Shown: positions 1-15,263 of the stretch, piece after piece
Layout: each line of letters starts with the position of its first letter
Position numbering within the stretch: the stretch's first letter is position 1
Origin: the human T2T-CHM13v2.0 reference genome, Homo sapiens
Reading direction: 5' to 3' (one strand)
Assembly: GCF_009914755.1 (NCBI RefSeq)
Contig: NC_060933.1
DNA length: 64,000 nt
Notes under the pieces: generated by a model
Told to the model about the DNA's origin: nothing
Databases searched by the model: none
What the model saw: the letters and a program-made list of their open reading frames with translations, nothing else
Position numbers and translations under genes: made by a program

Positions 1-39
1 CCTAATAACAATGATTTATAACTTGTATATAGAAATGCA

Positions 40-230
40 AAGTATACCAAGCACACAACTATTGATTATCTCATATTCTCCCCACATCGGCCCTTGGAGG
101 TAGGAAGGAGAGACATATTTCTCACTTTGTAGGTGAACAAACTGAGGGTCAGGTGGGTTAAGACACTTTCCCAAGGTCCCAAAGTAAGTTGTAGAATCAG
201 GAATAATACATATGCCATTCCTTCTGACAT
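40..230 (-). mobile_element. MIR SINE fragment
   Basis: Contains 'aaactgagggtcaggtgggttaagacactttcccaaggtc', a diverged reverse complement of the MIR core. Confidence 0.55.
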
Positions 231-396
231 AACTCTGTGTTTCATTCAAAGGGACGGTCCCAGAATCACACAGGAGTACTTGCTATTCCCCAGTCCCCAT
301 TATGAACACTTATTAATCGATAGGATAGAAATGTGGTCCTGGGAGTTATATTTTTTTAAAGTTCCTAAGGTAAATCTGGTGGAGGAGCTACGGCAT

Positions 397-505
397 TAGA
401 TTGTAAGCTTTGAGAGAGCAGGAGCCATGTCTGTCTTTCTCACTTGGGTGCAATATCTAGCATGACCAACTAATAGCAATTAAATGAATGAAAGAATGAA
501 TGACC
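397..505 (+). mobile_element. L2 LINE 3' end
   Basis: 'tagattgtaagct...gagagcaggagccatgtctgtct' ending in the (aatg)n tail typical of L2. Confidence 0.55.
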
Positions 506-1510
506 ACATTGCCTTACTACCCCCTGAGAAGTCAAAATTAATTAAAATCAGTGGGCTTTGTGGGGAGGTACAAAGACTGTACAGCCACAGAGACAAACAC
601 TGAGTTTAAATTTAAATTCAGCATTAAGCCTCATGCACTTACTATGTAAGACTGCACTAGGCTTTGGGAATACATGGTGAATAAAAAACACTCCTTCCCT
701 CAAGATGCTCTCACCTGGTAGGAAGATAAGTCCAGAAGGAAGGGAACCAATACACAGAATATAAGGCAAACAACACCAATTCTGATAAGTGGTGTTAGCT
801 GGGCACCTGCTAACTGCCAGCACCTTATGTATGTAATCTTATTTCAAAGTTCCAAATAAGAGAAGAAAAAGCTGTAGAGTTGCAGAGAGGAGGAGATGTA
901 CTTCACTTCCTCCTCAGGTTTGCTTTGCTCACCTGCATAAATAGCCGCTTCCTCTGGGACTGGATGGCTATCTGCAGAGGCGAGAGGCAGGGGCTTTCTT
1001 GACCTCTTTCAGAGAAGCCTGTGATGGAAACATCAGAGGTTGAGGCAATAAGCGTCTTCAGCTAGAGAAACTGAGGCAAGAAATTTACAATAGGCCTGTC
1101 TTTCAAATTTTCTAGTACAGAAGAAAGGGAATTTCTTGGATCTGTGATTCTTTACTTAATCATACAAATCCCCTGATGCCACCACCCCCATTCCACTTCC
1201 TACACTTTTTATAGGTCCCTAAAATCTAGCAAAAACATTTCTTTATTCCTAGTTAACAACTCTATGACCCAAAACCGACTTTGTCACAACAGTTTCCTAA
1301 ATACGGTTCGTATCTCCTTCCTACCTTTACAACTCTCTATTGACCAGTGGCTTAATAAAGTACAAAGTGAAAATACAAAATACCTATAGGACAACTTTCC
1401 ATGATTCCATGAGGCCCAGAGGATTAAACCAAGGGTTTACTACCTGACCCCTGCTCCACCTGGCCCCTTATCTTTAGCTCTTCTTCTTTCCAATAGACAT
1501 TAAGATTACT

Positions 1511-2575
1511 ATTTTTCTTTAACTTTTATTTTAAGTTCAAGGGTACATGTGCAGGTCTGTTATATAGGTAAACCCACGTCATGGGGGTTTATTGTACAGA
1601 TTATTTTGACTCCCAGGTATTAAGACTAGTCTCCATCAGTTATTTTTCCTGATCCTCTCCCTCCTCCCACCCTCCACCCTCTTGTAGGCCCCAGTGTGTG
1701 TTGTTCCCTTCTATATGTCCATATGTTCTCATCATTTAGCTCCCACTTATAAGTGAGAACATGTAGTATTTGGTTTTCTGTTCTTGTATTAGTTTGCTAA
1801 GGATAATGGTTTCTACCTCTATCCATGTTCCTGGAAAGGACATGATCTTATTGTTTTTCATGGCTGCATATTATTCCATCATGTATATGTACCACATTTT
1901 CTTTATCCAGTCTATCATTTGTGGACATTTAGGTTGATTCCATGTCTTTGCTATTGTGAATCGTGCTGCAGTGAACATATGCATACATGTGTCTTTATGA
2001 TAGAATGATTTACATTACTCTGGGTATATACCCAGCAATGGGATTGCTGGGTTGAATAGTAGTTCTTGCTGGGTTGAATAATAGTTCTGTTTTTAGCTCT
2101 TTGAGGAATTGCTACACTGCTTTCCATAATGGTTGAACTAATTTACACTCCCACCAGCAGTGTATAAGTGTTTCCTTTTTCTCCGAAAATTTGCCAGCAT
2201 CTGTTTTGTTTGTTTGTTTGTTTTGTTTTTTGTAATAGCCATTCTGACTGGTGTGAGATGGTATCTCATTGTGGTTTTGATTTACATTTATCTAACGATC
2301 AATAATGTTTAGCTTTTGTTCATACGCTTGTTGGCTGCATGTATGTCTTCTTTTGAGAAGTGTCAGTTCATCTCCTTTGACCATTTTTAATGGGGTTGTT
2401 TGGGGTTTTCTCTTGTAAATTTGTTGAAGTTCTTATAGATGCTGGATATTAGAACTTTGCCAGACGCATAGTTTGCAAACATTTTCTTCCATTTTGTAGG
2501 TTGTCTGTTTACTCTATTGATAGTTTCTTTTGCTGTGCAGAAGCTCTTTAGTCTAATTAGATTCCATTTGTTAAT
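1511..2575 (-). mobile_element. Older L1PA (L1PA13-16-like) 3' portion, non-inverted arm of a 5'-inverted insertion
   Basis: T-rich tail, 3'UTR 'gtcatgggggtttattgtacagattatttt...cctgatcctctccctcctcccaccctcc', and ORF2 C-terminal peptide [27 protein letters not shown] on the minus strand. Confidence 0.9.
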
Positions 2576-3445
2576 GATAAACAACTTCAGTGAAGTCTCA
2601 GGATACAAAATCAACGTAAAAAAATTACTAGCATTTCTATAAAACAACAGTCAAGCCGAGAGCCAAATCAGGAACACAATCCCATTCACAACTGCCCAAA
2701 AAGAATAAAATAACTAGGAATACAGCTACCCAGGGAAATTAAATATCTCTACTAGGGGAATTACAAAACAGTGCTCAAAGAAATCAGAGATGACACAAAC
2801 AAATGGAAAAACATTCCATGCTCTTGGATAGGAAGAATCAATATCACTAAAATGACCTTGCTGCCCAAAGCAATTTATATATTCAATGCTATTCCTATTA
2901 AACTACCATTGAGATTCTAGAAACTAGAAACTAGAACTAGAAAAGACTATTTTAAAATTCACGTGAAACCAAAAAGAGTCCAACAACCAAGGCAATCTAA
3001 GCAAAAAGAACAAAGCTGGAGGCATCATGTTACCCGACTTCAAACTATACTACAGGGCTACAGTAACCAAAACAGCATAGTACTTGTACAAAAACACACA
3101 TATAGACGAATAGAACAGAACAGAGAGCCCAGAAATAAGGCCACACACCTAAACCATCTGATCTTCAACAAAGCTGGCAAAAACAAGCAATGGGGAAAAG
3201 ACTCCCTATTCAATAAATGGTGCTGGAATAACTGGCTAGCTATATGCTGAAGAATGAAACTGTACACCTTTCTTACACCATATACAAAAAAATCAACTCA
3301 AGATGGATTAAAGACTTAAGGGTAAAACCCAAAACTATAAAAACCCTGGAAGGCAACCTAGGCAATACCATTCTGAACATAGGAACAGGCAAACATTTCA
3401 TGACGAAGACACCAAAGGCAATTGCAGCAAAAGCAAAAATTGACA
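2575..3445 (+). mobile_element. Inverted 5' arm of the same older L1 (ORF2 fragment)
   Basis: Sense ORF2 sequence (peptides [16 protein letters not shown] and INSRWIKDL) ending at 'gcaaaaattgaca', which in L1 consensus is contiguous with the start of the minus arm ('acaaatggaatctaatt'). Confidence 0.88.
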
Positions 3446-3457
3446 CTTAGGATTCTT
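3442..3457. repeat. Target-site duplication of the full-length L1, copy 1 (GACACTTAGGATTCTT)
   Basis: Exact 16-bp match to 9506-9521. Confidence 0.95.
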
Positions 3458-3694
3458 TTGTTTGTTTGTTTATTTGTTTGTTTGTTTTTATTATACTTTA
3501 AGTTTTAGGGTACATGTGCACATTGTGCAGGTTAGTTACATATGTATACATGTGCCATGCTGGTGCACTGCACCCACTAACTTGTCATCTAGCATTAGGT
3601 ATATCTCCCAATGCTATCCCTCCCCCCTCCCCCCACCCCACCACAGTCCCCAGAGTGTGATATTCCCCTTCCTGTGTCCATGTGATCTCATTGT

Positions 3695-7521
<3,827 letters not shown>

Positions 7522-7584
7522 TATGATGATAGCTGGTGATTTTGCTCGTTAGTTGATGCAGTTTCTTCCTAGTCTCGATGGTCT

Positions 7585-8601
7585 TTACATTTTGGCATGA
7601 TTTTGCAGCGGCTGGTACCGGTTGTTCCTTTCCATGTTTAGCGCTTCCTTCAGGAGCTCTTTTAGGGCAGGCCTGGTGGTGACAAAATCGGTCAGCATTT
7701 GCTTGTCTGTAAAGTATTTTATTTCTCCTTCACTTATGAAGCTTAGTTTGGCTGGATATGAAATTCTGGGTTGAAAATTCTTTTCTTTAAGAATCTTGAA
7801 TATTGGCTCCCACTCTCTTCTGGCTTGTAGTGTTTCTGCCGAGAGATCTGCTGTTAGTCTGATGGGCTTCCCTTTGAGGGTAACCTGACCTTTCTCTCTG
7901 GCTGCCCTTAACATTTTTTCCTTCATTTCAACTTTGGTGAATCTGACAATTATGTGTCTTGGAGTTGCTCTTCTCAAGGAGTATCTTTGTGGCGTTCTCT
8001 GTATTTCCTGAATCTGAACGTTGGCCTGCCTTGCTAGATTGGGGAAGTTCTCCTGGATAATATCCTGCAGAGTGTTTTCCAACTTGGTTCCATTCTCCCC
8101 ATCACTTTCTGGTACACCAATCAGACGTAGATTTGTTCTTTTCACATAGTCCCATATTTCTTGGAGGCTTTGCTCATTTCTTTTTATTCTTTTTTCTCTA
8201 AACTTCCCTTCTCGCTTCATTTCATTCATTTCATCTTCCATTGCTGATACCCTTTCTTCCAGTTGATCGCATCGGCTCCTGAGACTTCTGCATTCTTCAC
8301 GTAGTTCTCGAGCCTTGGTTTTCAGCTCCATCAGCTCCTTTAAGCACTTCTCTGTATTGGTTATTCTAGTTATACATTCTTCTAAATTTTTTTCAAAGTT
8401 TTCAACTTCTTTGCCTTTGGTTTGAATGTCCTCCCGTAGCTCAGAGTAATTTGATCGTCTGAAGCCTTCTTCTCTCAGCTCGTCAAAGTCATTCTCCATC
8501 CAGCTTTGTTCTGTTGCTGGTGAGGAACTGCGTTCCTTTGGAGGAGGAGAGACGCTCTGTGTTTTAGAGTTTCCAGTTTTTCTGTTCTGTTTTTTCCCCA
8601 T
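7585..8601 (-). CDS. L1 ORF1p RNA-binding/nucleic-acid chaperone, full-length 338 aa
   Basis: MGKKQNRKTGNSK...QPLQNHAKM with REKG, ARR and YPAKLS motifs present. Open frame; expression is not shown by the sequence. Confidence 0.9.
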   Translation of the reverse strand: MGKKQNRKTGNSKTQSVSPPPKERSSSPATEQSWMENDFDELREEGFRRSNYSELREDIQTKGKEVENFEKNLEECITRITNTEKCLKELMELKTKARELREECRSLRSRCDQLEERVSAMEDEMNEMKREGKFREKRIKRNEQSLQEIWDYVKRTNLRLIGVPESDGENGTKLENTLQDIIQENFPNLARQANVQIQEIQRTPQRYSLRRATPRHIIVRFTKVEMKEKMLRAAREKGQVTLKGKPIRLTADLSAETLQARREWEPIFKILKEKNFQPRISYPAKLSFISEGEIKYFTDKQMLTDFVTTRPALKELLKEALNMERNNRYQPLQNHAKM

Positions 8602-9502
8602 CTTTGTGGTTTTATCTACTTTTGGTCTTTGATGATGGTGATGTACAGATGGGTTTTCGGTGTGGATGTCCTTTCCGTTTGTTAGTTTTCCTTCTAACAG
8701 ACAGGACCCTCAGCTGCAGGTCTGTTGGAATACCCTGCTGTGTGAGGTGTCAGTGTGCCTCTGCTGGGGGGTGCCTCCCAGTTAGGCTGCTCGGGGGTCA
8801 GGGGTCAGGGACCCACTTGAGGAGGCAGTCTGCCGGTTCTCAGATCTCCAGCTGCATGCTGGGAGAACCACTGCTCTCTTCAAAGCTGTCAGACAGGGAC
8901 ATTTAAGTCTGCAGAGGTTACTGCTGTCTTTTTTTCTGTGCCCTGCCCCCAGAGGTGGAGCCTACAGAGGCAGGCAGGCCTCCTTGAGCTGTGGTGGGCT
9001 CCACCCAGTTCGAGCTTCCCGGCTGCTTTGTTTACCTAAGCATGCCTGGGCAATGGCAGGCGCCCCTCCCCCAGCCTCGCTGCCGCCTTGCAGTTTGATC
9101 TCAGACTGCTGTGCTAGCAATCAGCGAGATTCCGTGGGCGTATAGGACCCTCCGAGCCAGGTGTGGGATATAGTCTCGTGGTGCGCCGTTTTTTAAGCCG
9201 GTCTGAAAAGCGCAATATTCGGGTGGGAGTGACCCGATTTTCCAGGTGCGTCCATCACCCCTTTCTTTGACTCGGAAAGGGAACTCCCTGACCCCTTGCG
9301 CTTCCCAGGTGAGGCAATGCCTTGCCCTGCTTCGGCTCGCGCACGGTGCGCGCACCCACTGGCCTGCGCCCACTGTCTGGCACTCCCTAGTGAGATGCAC
9401 CCGCTACCTCAGATGGAAATGCAGAAATCACCCGTCTTCTGCGTCGCTCACGCTGGGAGCTGTAGACCGGAGCTGTTCCTATTCGGCCATCTTGGCTCCT
9501 CC
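8602..9502. promoter_or_regulatory. L1 5'UTR: internal sense promoter (minus strand) and antisense promoter (plus strand); YY1 site at about 9484-9496
   Basis: CpG-rich L1 5'UTR with intact GCCAAGATGGCCG. Plus-strand donor-like sites CAG|GTGTGG (about 9160), CAG|GTGCGT (about 9245) and CAG|GTGAGG (about 9308). Confidence 0.85.
9053..9270 (+). pseudogene. L1 ORF0 (antisense ORF), truncated at codon 31
   Basis: ATG at 9053 reads MAGAPPPASLPPCSLISDCCASNQRDSVGV, then TAG at 9143-9145 created by an extra TA ('ggcgtataggaccc'). Confidence 0.8.
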
Positions 9503-9505
9503 AGG

Positions 9506-9521
9506 GACACTTAGGATTCTT
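9506..9521. repeat. Target-site duplication of the full-length L1, copy 2
   Basis: Exact match to 3442-3457, followed by AA (canonical endonuclease site TT/AAGA on the minus strand). Confidence 0.95.
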
Positions 9522-9899
9522 AACTTCCAATGCAAGACAGGTTCTTAGTAACTACAATTCTCCAAGGGTGAAGATTCAGTTGCCATTGATAGGTCAGTTG
9601 ATATGGAGGAGATTCACAAAATGAAGATCACTGCATAAACTTGACAGACAAGGGACTAATAGTTGTGGCTGCATTTCTTTTCTCAAAGCACAGAAAAGAA
9701 AACCTAGCAAAATATACTTTGGGATTAATTAATTTATAAGTGTATCTGCAAGACAGTTCGTTATCCCTAAGTTTATCAAAAATCTTCACTATGCCAAATT
9801 TGGGGCTTAGTTTTCATAGCTCATCTTACTAAAACACTCTCATGTAGTTATTCACTCCTGCTTCTTTAAGCACTGTCCCCTAGGACTGTGCACATGGCC

Positions 9900-10495
9900 C
9901 CTAGGACTGTGCACTCCCCTGATTTTCTTCCTACCTCCCAGGGTATTCCTTCTCAGTCTTCATGGATGGCTCCTCTTCTTCTTATTGATCTCTAAATATT
10001 ACATTCTCTAACCTTCAAATCTGCCCCCACTACCACCACCACCACTGTGACCCTCGCCTCCACCAATGGCATCTTTTGCTCCCAGTTTCTGATAGAAAAA
10101 AAAAAAAAAAAACCTTGAATTCACCATGACTTTTACTTCCTCACATCTCACATCCAATCCATCGGAAAATTCCATCGATTCAACCATTCAAACAGAGCCT
10201 GAAAAGTCCATGTCACTATCACATTTCACTTGGACAAACTACATAGACATCTAACAGGTCTCCCTGCCTGCACTCTTGTGCCCACATTTGATTGTCTATT
10301 CAGTAGTCTGGGATGATATTTTTAAAACCTAACGCCACCTCTATGAGCAAAGTCCTTCAATGGTTTTCCATCAAATTCAGAATAAATTCAAATTCCTTAT
10401 CATAACCTACAGAGCTGTATATATTAACATGTGCTCCCTCTCTAACCTAATTCTTAGCATTCTTCCAAAGCTCACTCTGTTCTAGATTCACTGCC
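9900..10495 (+). mobile_element. L2 fragment
   Basis: Pyrimidine-rich L2-like text ('tccttctcagtcttcatggatggctcctcttc', 'aacaggtctccctgcc', 'agaataaattcaaattcctta'). Confidence 0.5.
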
Positions 10496-10498
10496 TGC

Positions 10499-11045
10499 CT
10501 TTAGTTACCATCTATTGCTGCATAACCAATTATTGCAAAACTTAGCGGCTCAAAACTGTAAATATTTATAATCTCTCACAGTTTCTGTGGGTCAGGAGTT
10601 TGGGAGCAGCTTAGCTGAACTGTTCTAATTCAAGGTCTCTCACGAGGTTGCAGTCAAGTTGTCCACAGAGGCTGCTTTCATCTGAAGGCTTGATAGGGGC
10701 TGGCATATCCACTTGTAGGGTGTCTCACTCACATGACCAGCAAGTTGATGCAAGCCGTTGGCAAAAGGCCTCAGTTCTTCTCCACAAGGACCTCTCTATA
10801 GGACTCCTGTGTGTTCCCATGTATAGCACTGACTACTCCCAGAGTGAGTGATCTAAGACACCTAGGCAGAATTGCCAGTGCCTCTTCTTACCTATTAAAG
10901 GAAGTTACACTGTCACCTCTGCCATACTCTATTGATCACACAGACTAACTCTGAATCAAGGTGGATGGAAGGAGACTATATAAGGGAAGATATACCCCGA
11001 AGCAAGGATCACTGGAGGCCCTATCAGAGCCCAGCTATCCCACCA
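10499..11045 (-). mobile_element. MLT1-family (MaLR) solo LTR
   Basis: 'ttagtt...tattgctgcataac...aaaacttagcggctcaaaac...ctcacagtttctgtgggtcaggagtttgggagcagcttagctg' is the reverse-strand MLT1 terminus. Confidence 0.75.
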
Positions 11046-11226
11046 TCTTGCTGTCTTACAGACCTGTATGTGGTAGCTCGTCCTACTTACTGCTTGTTCC
11101 TTCTGAATGGAAAGCTCTCTCCTTCAATTTGTACAAGTCTGTTCCCCACTTTTATTCAATTAATTACTTAACATTATTTCTTCAAACCAGGCTTTTCATA
11201 TCACCTTATCTAAAATAGTCTCCCTC

Positions 11227-11485
11227 TGTTGGTCAAAGGGTAGAAAGTTTCAGCTATACAGCGAGAACAAGCTCTGGAGATCCAATACACATCATGGTGA
11301 CTATAGTTAAGACTGTATTGCATACTTGAAATTTACTAAGAGAGTAGGTCTTAAATACACACACACACATACACACAAATGTTGTGTAACTATGCATGGT
11401 AATGAATATGCTAATTAGCTTGACTACAGTAATCATTTCACAATGTGTATACGTGTGTGTACCTGTGTGTGTGTATAAATGTATA
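11227..11485 (+). mobile_element. L1MA (MA8-10-like) 3'UTR fragment; its extreme 3' end likely resumes at about 12255-12318
   Basis: 'ttggtcaaagggtagaaagtttcagct...catggtgactatagttaa...aattagcttgact...tcatttcacaatgtgtat'. Confidence 0.75.
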
Positions 11486-11635
11486 TGGGAAAGTATTAAG
11501 AGGGATTGCAGGGCCCCGTCAAAACCCACAGTGGAATAGAGGTTGGTTTGGTGGGCCTGCACTGGAGGCATGGAAGAGCCCTGAACAGGCAGGACTGCCC
11601 TTAGAATGCCACTGAGAGGGTCTGGAGCCGGCAAG

Positions 11636-12250
11636 CCCATGTTCATTGCAGCACTATTCACAATAGGCAAGATAAGGAATCAACTTTAGTGTCCATTGAC
11701 AAACAAATAGGTAAAGTGTGGTATATATATACAATAAAATATTATTCAACCTTAAAAAAGAAGAAAATCCTGCCATTTGTGACAACATGGATGAACCTGG
11801 ACAAGATTATGCTAAGTGAAATAAAGGCAGACACAGAAAAACAAATACTATATGATCTCATGTATATGTGGATTCTAAAAAAACTCATAGAAATAGAAAA
11901 TAGAATGGTGGTTGTCAGGGAATGGGGGTGAGGATAATGGGGAGATGTTGGTCACAGGTTACAAACTTTTTCACTTATAAGATGAATAAGTTCTGGGCAT
12001 CTAATGTAAGCATGGTGACTATAGTTAATAATGTATTGTTTATTTGAAGTACGCTAAGAGAGCAGTTCTTAAGTGTCCTCAACCCTCCTCCCCCCACCAT
12101 ACACACATACACAATGATAATTACATGTAGGGAAGATGTGTTAATCACTTTAATTGTGGTAACTAGCACATATTGCATATGTATGTCAAACTATCATATT
12201 GTACACCTTGAATATATACAATTTTTTATTTGTATAAAATAGCTTGGAAA
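11636..12250 (+). mobile_element. L1MA (MA8-10-like) ORF2 end plus 3'UTR
   Basis: 'cccatgttcattgcagcactattcacaatag', peptide ILPFVTTWMNLDKIMLSEI, and the same 3'UTR motifs as the upstream fragment. Confidence 0.85.
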
Positions 12251-12319
12251 AGACACATTGCATGCCTTAAATAGATATAATTTTTGTCAATTATACCTCA
12301 ATAAAAGCTGAAAAATAAA

Positions 12320-12495
12320 TAATTCTCCTCATCGCTATCCCATTACCTTACTTTATCACTTTTCTTAGTAGTTACTATTATGTTCCACAAGGCAGAGTTT
12401 TAGCCTATTTTATCCATGGTTAAATCTCAAGTGTCTAAAATAGTGTGCTGTACAAAGTAGATGCTCAGTAAATATCTGTTGAATGAGTAAGTGAA
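12320..12495 (+). mobile_element. L2 3' end
   Basis: 'gttccacaaggcagag...agtagatgctcagtaaatatctgttgaatgagt'. Confidence 0.6.
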
Positions 12496-14719
12496 AGAAC
12501 AAAACCCTAGTCTTGGGACATGAAGAGAATCAACACTTATAAAAGAGGCAGTGTATAGAGAAGTAAACTAATTTATTTCAAAAATATTTATTGAGCCTAA
12601 TGAACAAATAGCTGGATATTCAAAGAGGTCTAAAACAAAATTTCTGGCTTTCAGGAGCCCCTGGCCAAGCAAGTTTCAAAGATTTCAAGTTTCTGAAGAT
12701 TAACAGGTTTTTAAGTTGTGTTTCATTGCCTATGGCACACAACATATATAAACGCATTGCCCATCTTGTAACTGAACAGTTTGTAGATCAGATGAAGAAA
12801 CCCTCTTCTAGCTAGAGCAGATTATGTTGGAGTTAGGCCCCTAACACAGAGGACACCCTTCCATATGCCAGTGATTCAACCTGTGATTCAAGTGGCTAGC
12901 ACTAAACAATTAATTGAGCCAATAAGATGCTTTTGGAAGTTTGAATGAAGAGTCTCAGAAGAAAATTGCAAATATACAGGGACACTAGAATTCCAGAAAC
13001 CCTAATACGAAATTGAGATCGATTTAAGGACATAGCAAGCCAAAGGCCTGTGCAAGCTGAAGTTCTGAGGCAGAGACTGTGAGTAAAGACAGAAATCTGG
13101 AAAAGAGAGGGGAGAAAGTAGCAAAGGCATAGACAGATGAAGAGGACCCATGACATACAGAGAATGTGAGAGAGGTAGAAAGAGACAAAAAGATAGACGG
13201 TCAGAGCCAAACGCAAACACAGAGATCAAAGGACAAAACAGATGGGCCCATTCATTCCTGGAGCTGCTTACTTCCCCCTGTTGGAGGCTTAGTGGTGCAG
13301 TTTTCTCCTGGGCTCCTGTGCGCGCAGAAACTTTCAGCCAAAATCTCTTCCACCCTCTTCTTCCTGAGCCAAATTTTGTTATTCTCTCATTTGAGACTAG
13401 AAGCACCCTGACAAAAGCAGGCAGTGTCTGGGGGAGATCTATGTGTGCAGATCCCTTCAGGCATGAAATAAGGCTCATGGCCCATGCTTAGCAGGTATTT
13501 GTTTTTCCATGTTCCAGGAACAGTGGGGATGGACTTTCTCTGAGTCATCTACCATTTTAAGCAAGCCTTCTCTACCACATAGGGCACTCATGGGCAGAAC
13601 GAGCTGAGATGCAGCTCAATACAAGAAGTAGAGTGAAATCAAGTTGGAGTTGACCCTCACCCTCTAGACAATGGTAGACAGTGAGTGCCTTCAAGACAGC
13701 TTGGTTTGTTCCTCCCTGAATTTATTGTGCCATATACGGATTCTGGCCCATAGTACACGTATGAGTATTCACAAATGACTGAGCAGGTCTGCTTCATGAA
13801 GAAACCACAACGCTGGCATATTTTCACTTCTGTGGCTGCTACTGATAATAGCAATAATCATAATCATAATTACAACACCATTTACTGAGGGCCAGCCTCT
13901 GTACTAAGCACTTTGTGTATTTATTATCTCTCCTAACACCATTGGTTCCTTTCATGGGTCTTCAATGACTAAAAGATTTCCATGCCAAAATGATACTATT
14001 AGATTTATTCGCTCCTTTGCAATGACAAAAATCTTCCTGTTTCCAAGAATAAAAGACACAAGCTTCCAGTCTCTTTTCTCTTCCAGGACTAGCCAGCCTT
14101 TGAGGCTTAGACATTAAAAAGTTAGGAAGCCCTGGTTCAGGGAAATAAGATTTAGGATTAGAGGGAGCAGAAGGGGCTCTCTTTAGTAAGATGATAAAAT
14201 ATTCTACCTAGAACTTTAGTATGACTTTATTATGTTGTTCCATAAAGCAATACCAATTAAATTCTATATAAAGGAAGTGGTACATGCTTACGCAGGATTT
14301 TTCAACCCTCACTGTGCATTAGAATTACCTGGGAACTTTTAAAAGAACACATGCCTGGATTCAGTAAGGCTGAACAGACTTTTATAGCTTGTGACCCAGC
14401 GATTCCAATCCTCAATAGACACTCAACAGAAAGGAAAACACTTTTGATAAGCAAAAGATTGATACAGGAATGTTAGTAGAAGCATAATTTATAATAGCCA
14501 AGAATGGGAAAGATGTCCATCAACAGCAGATTGGCTAAAAGAATTGTAATAGATTCAGACAATGAAATGCACTATAGGAACAAGAATGAACAAATCCCTA
14601 ATATGCTCCACGATGTTGATGAATCCCATAAATACATGAAGCTAGACACTGAAGCATGCCGATTGTATGACTTCATTTATATAAAGTTCAGAAACAGGAA
14701 AAATAAATCTCTGCTGTTT

Positions 14720-14980
14720 TTTATTTTTTTCTACTTTCAACTCTTTAATCATTGTTGTGGCTATTTTGGCCACCCCTTTGGGCCCATCCATTGGTAGTCT
14801 CAAGTAGGAGACCAGGATAAAGGGATAACTCTAAGGAGTAAGATTCGACATTCTGGAATCCTTTGGCCCGTCATTCAGTTACTTGCAGGAATCATTTCCT
14901 AGAAATGGCGAGGACAGAGCAGCACCTCTGGCCCAGGAGGAGCAACTCCTGCTCATTCTTGGGCTCTGAGTCCCCTGTTG
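14720..14980 (-). pseudogene. Retrocopied 3' end of an unidentified polyadenylated transcript
   Basis: The minus strand ends ...ATTAAA-13 nt-A-rich tail. Unique-looking sequence lying inside a 10-bp TSD (TCTGCTGTTT) together with the adjacent Alu. Confidence 0.6.
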
Positions 14981-15263
14981 TTCATACCTGTAATCCCAGA
15001 ACTTTAGGATACTGAGGTGGGCAGATCATTTGAGGTCAGGAGTTTGAGACTAGCGTGGCCAATGTGGCAAAACCCCGTCTCTACTAAAAGTACAGCAACA
15101 AAAACTAGCAGGGCGTCATGCTACATGCCTGTAATCCCAGCTATTGGGAGACTGAGGCAGGAGAATCTCTTGAACCCAAGCAGCAGAGGTTGCAGTGAGC
15201 CAGGATCGGTCCACTACACCCCAGCCTGGGTGACAGAGTGAGACTTCATCTCAAAAAAAAAAA
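14981..15263 (+). mobile_element. AluS, 5'-clipped
   Basis: Begins at 'tcatacctgtaatcccag', has 'gaggtcaggagtttgagact' and both arms, with an A11 tail. Confidence 0.92.

Noticed and set aside
8604-9548. ORFs of 72-100 aa in the L1 5'UTR as novel genes
   Set aside because: They are alternative frames of GC-rich L1 UTR sequence; only the ORF0 frame has precedent, and it is truncated here.
12902-13491. Overlapping 81-158-aa ORFs on both strands
   Set aside because: They arise from a GA-rich, stop-poor tract; no recognisable domain or exon structure.
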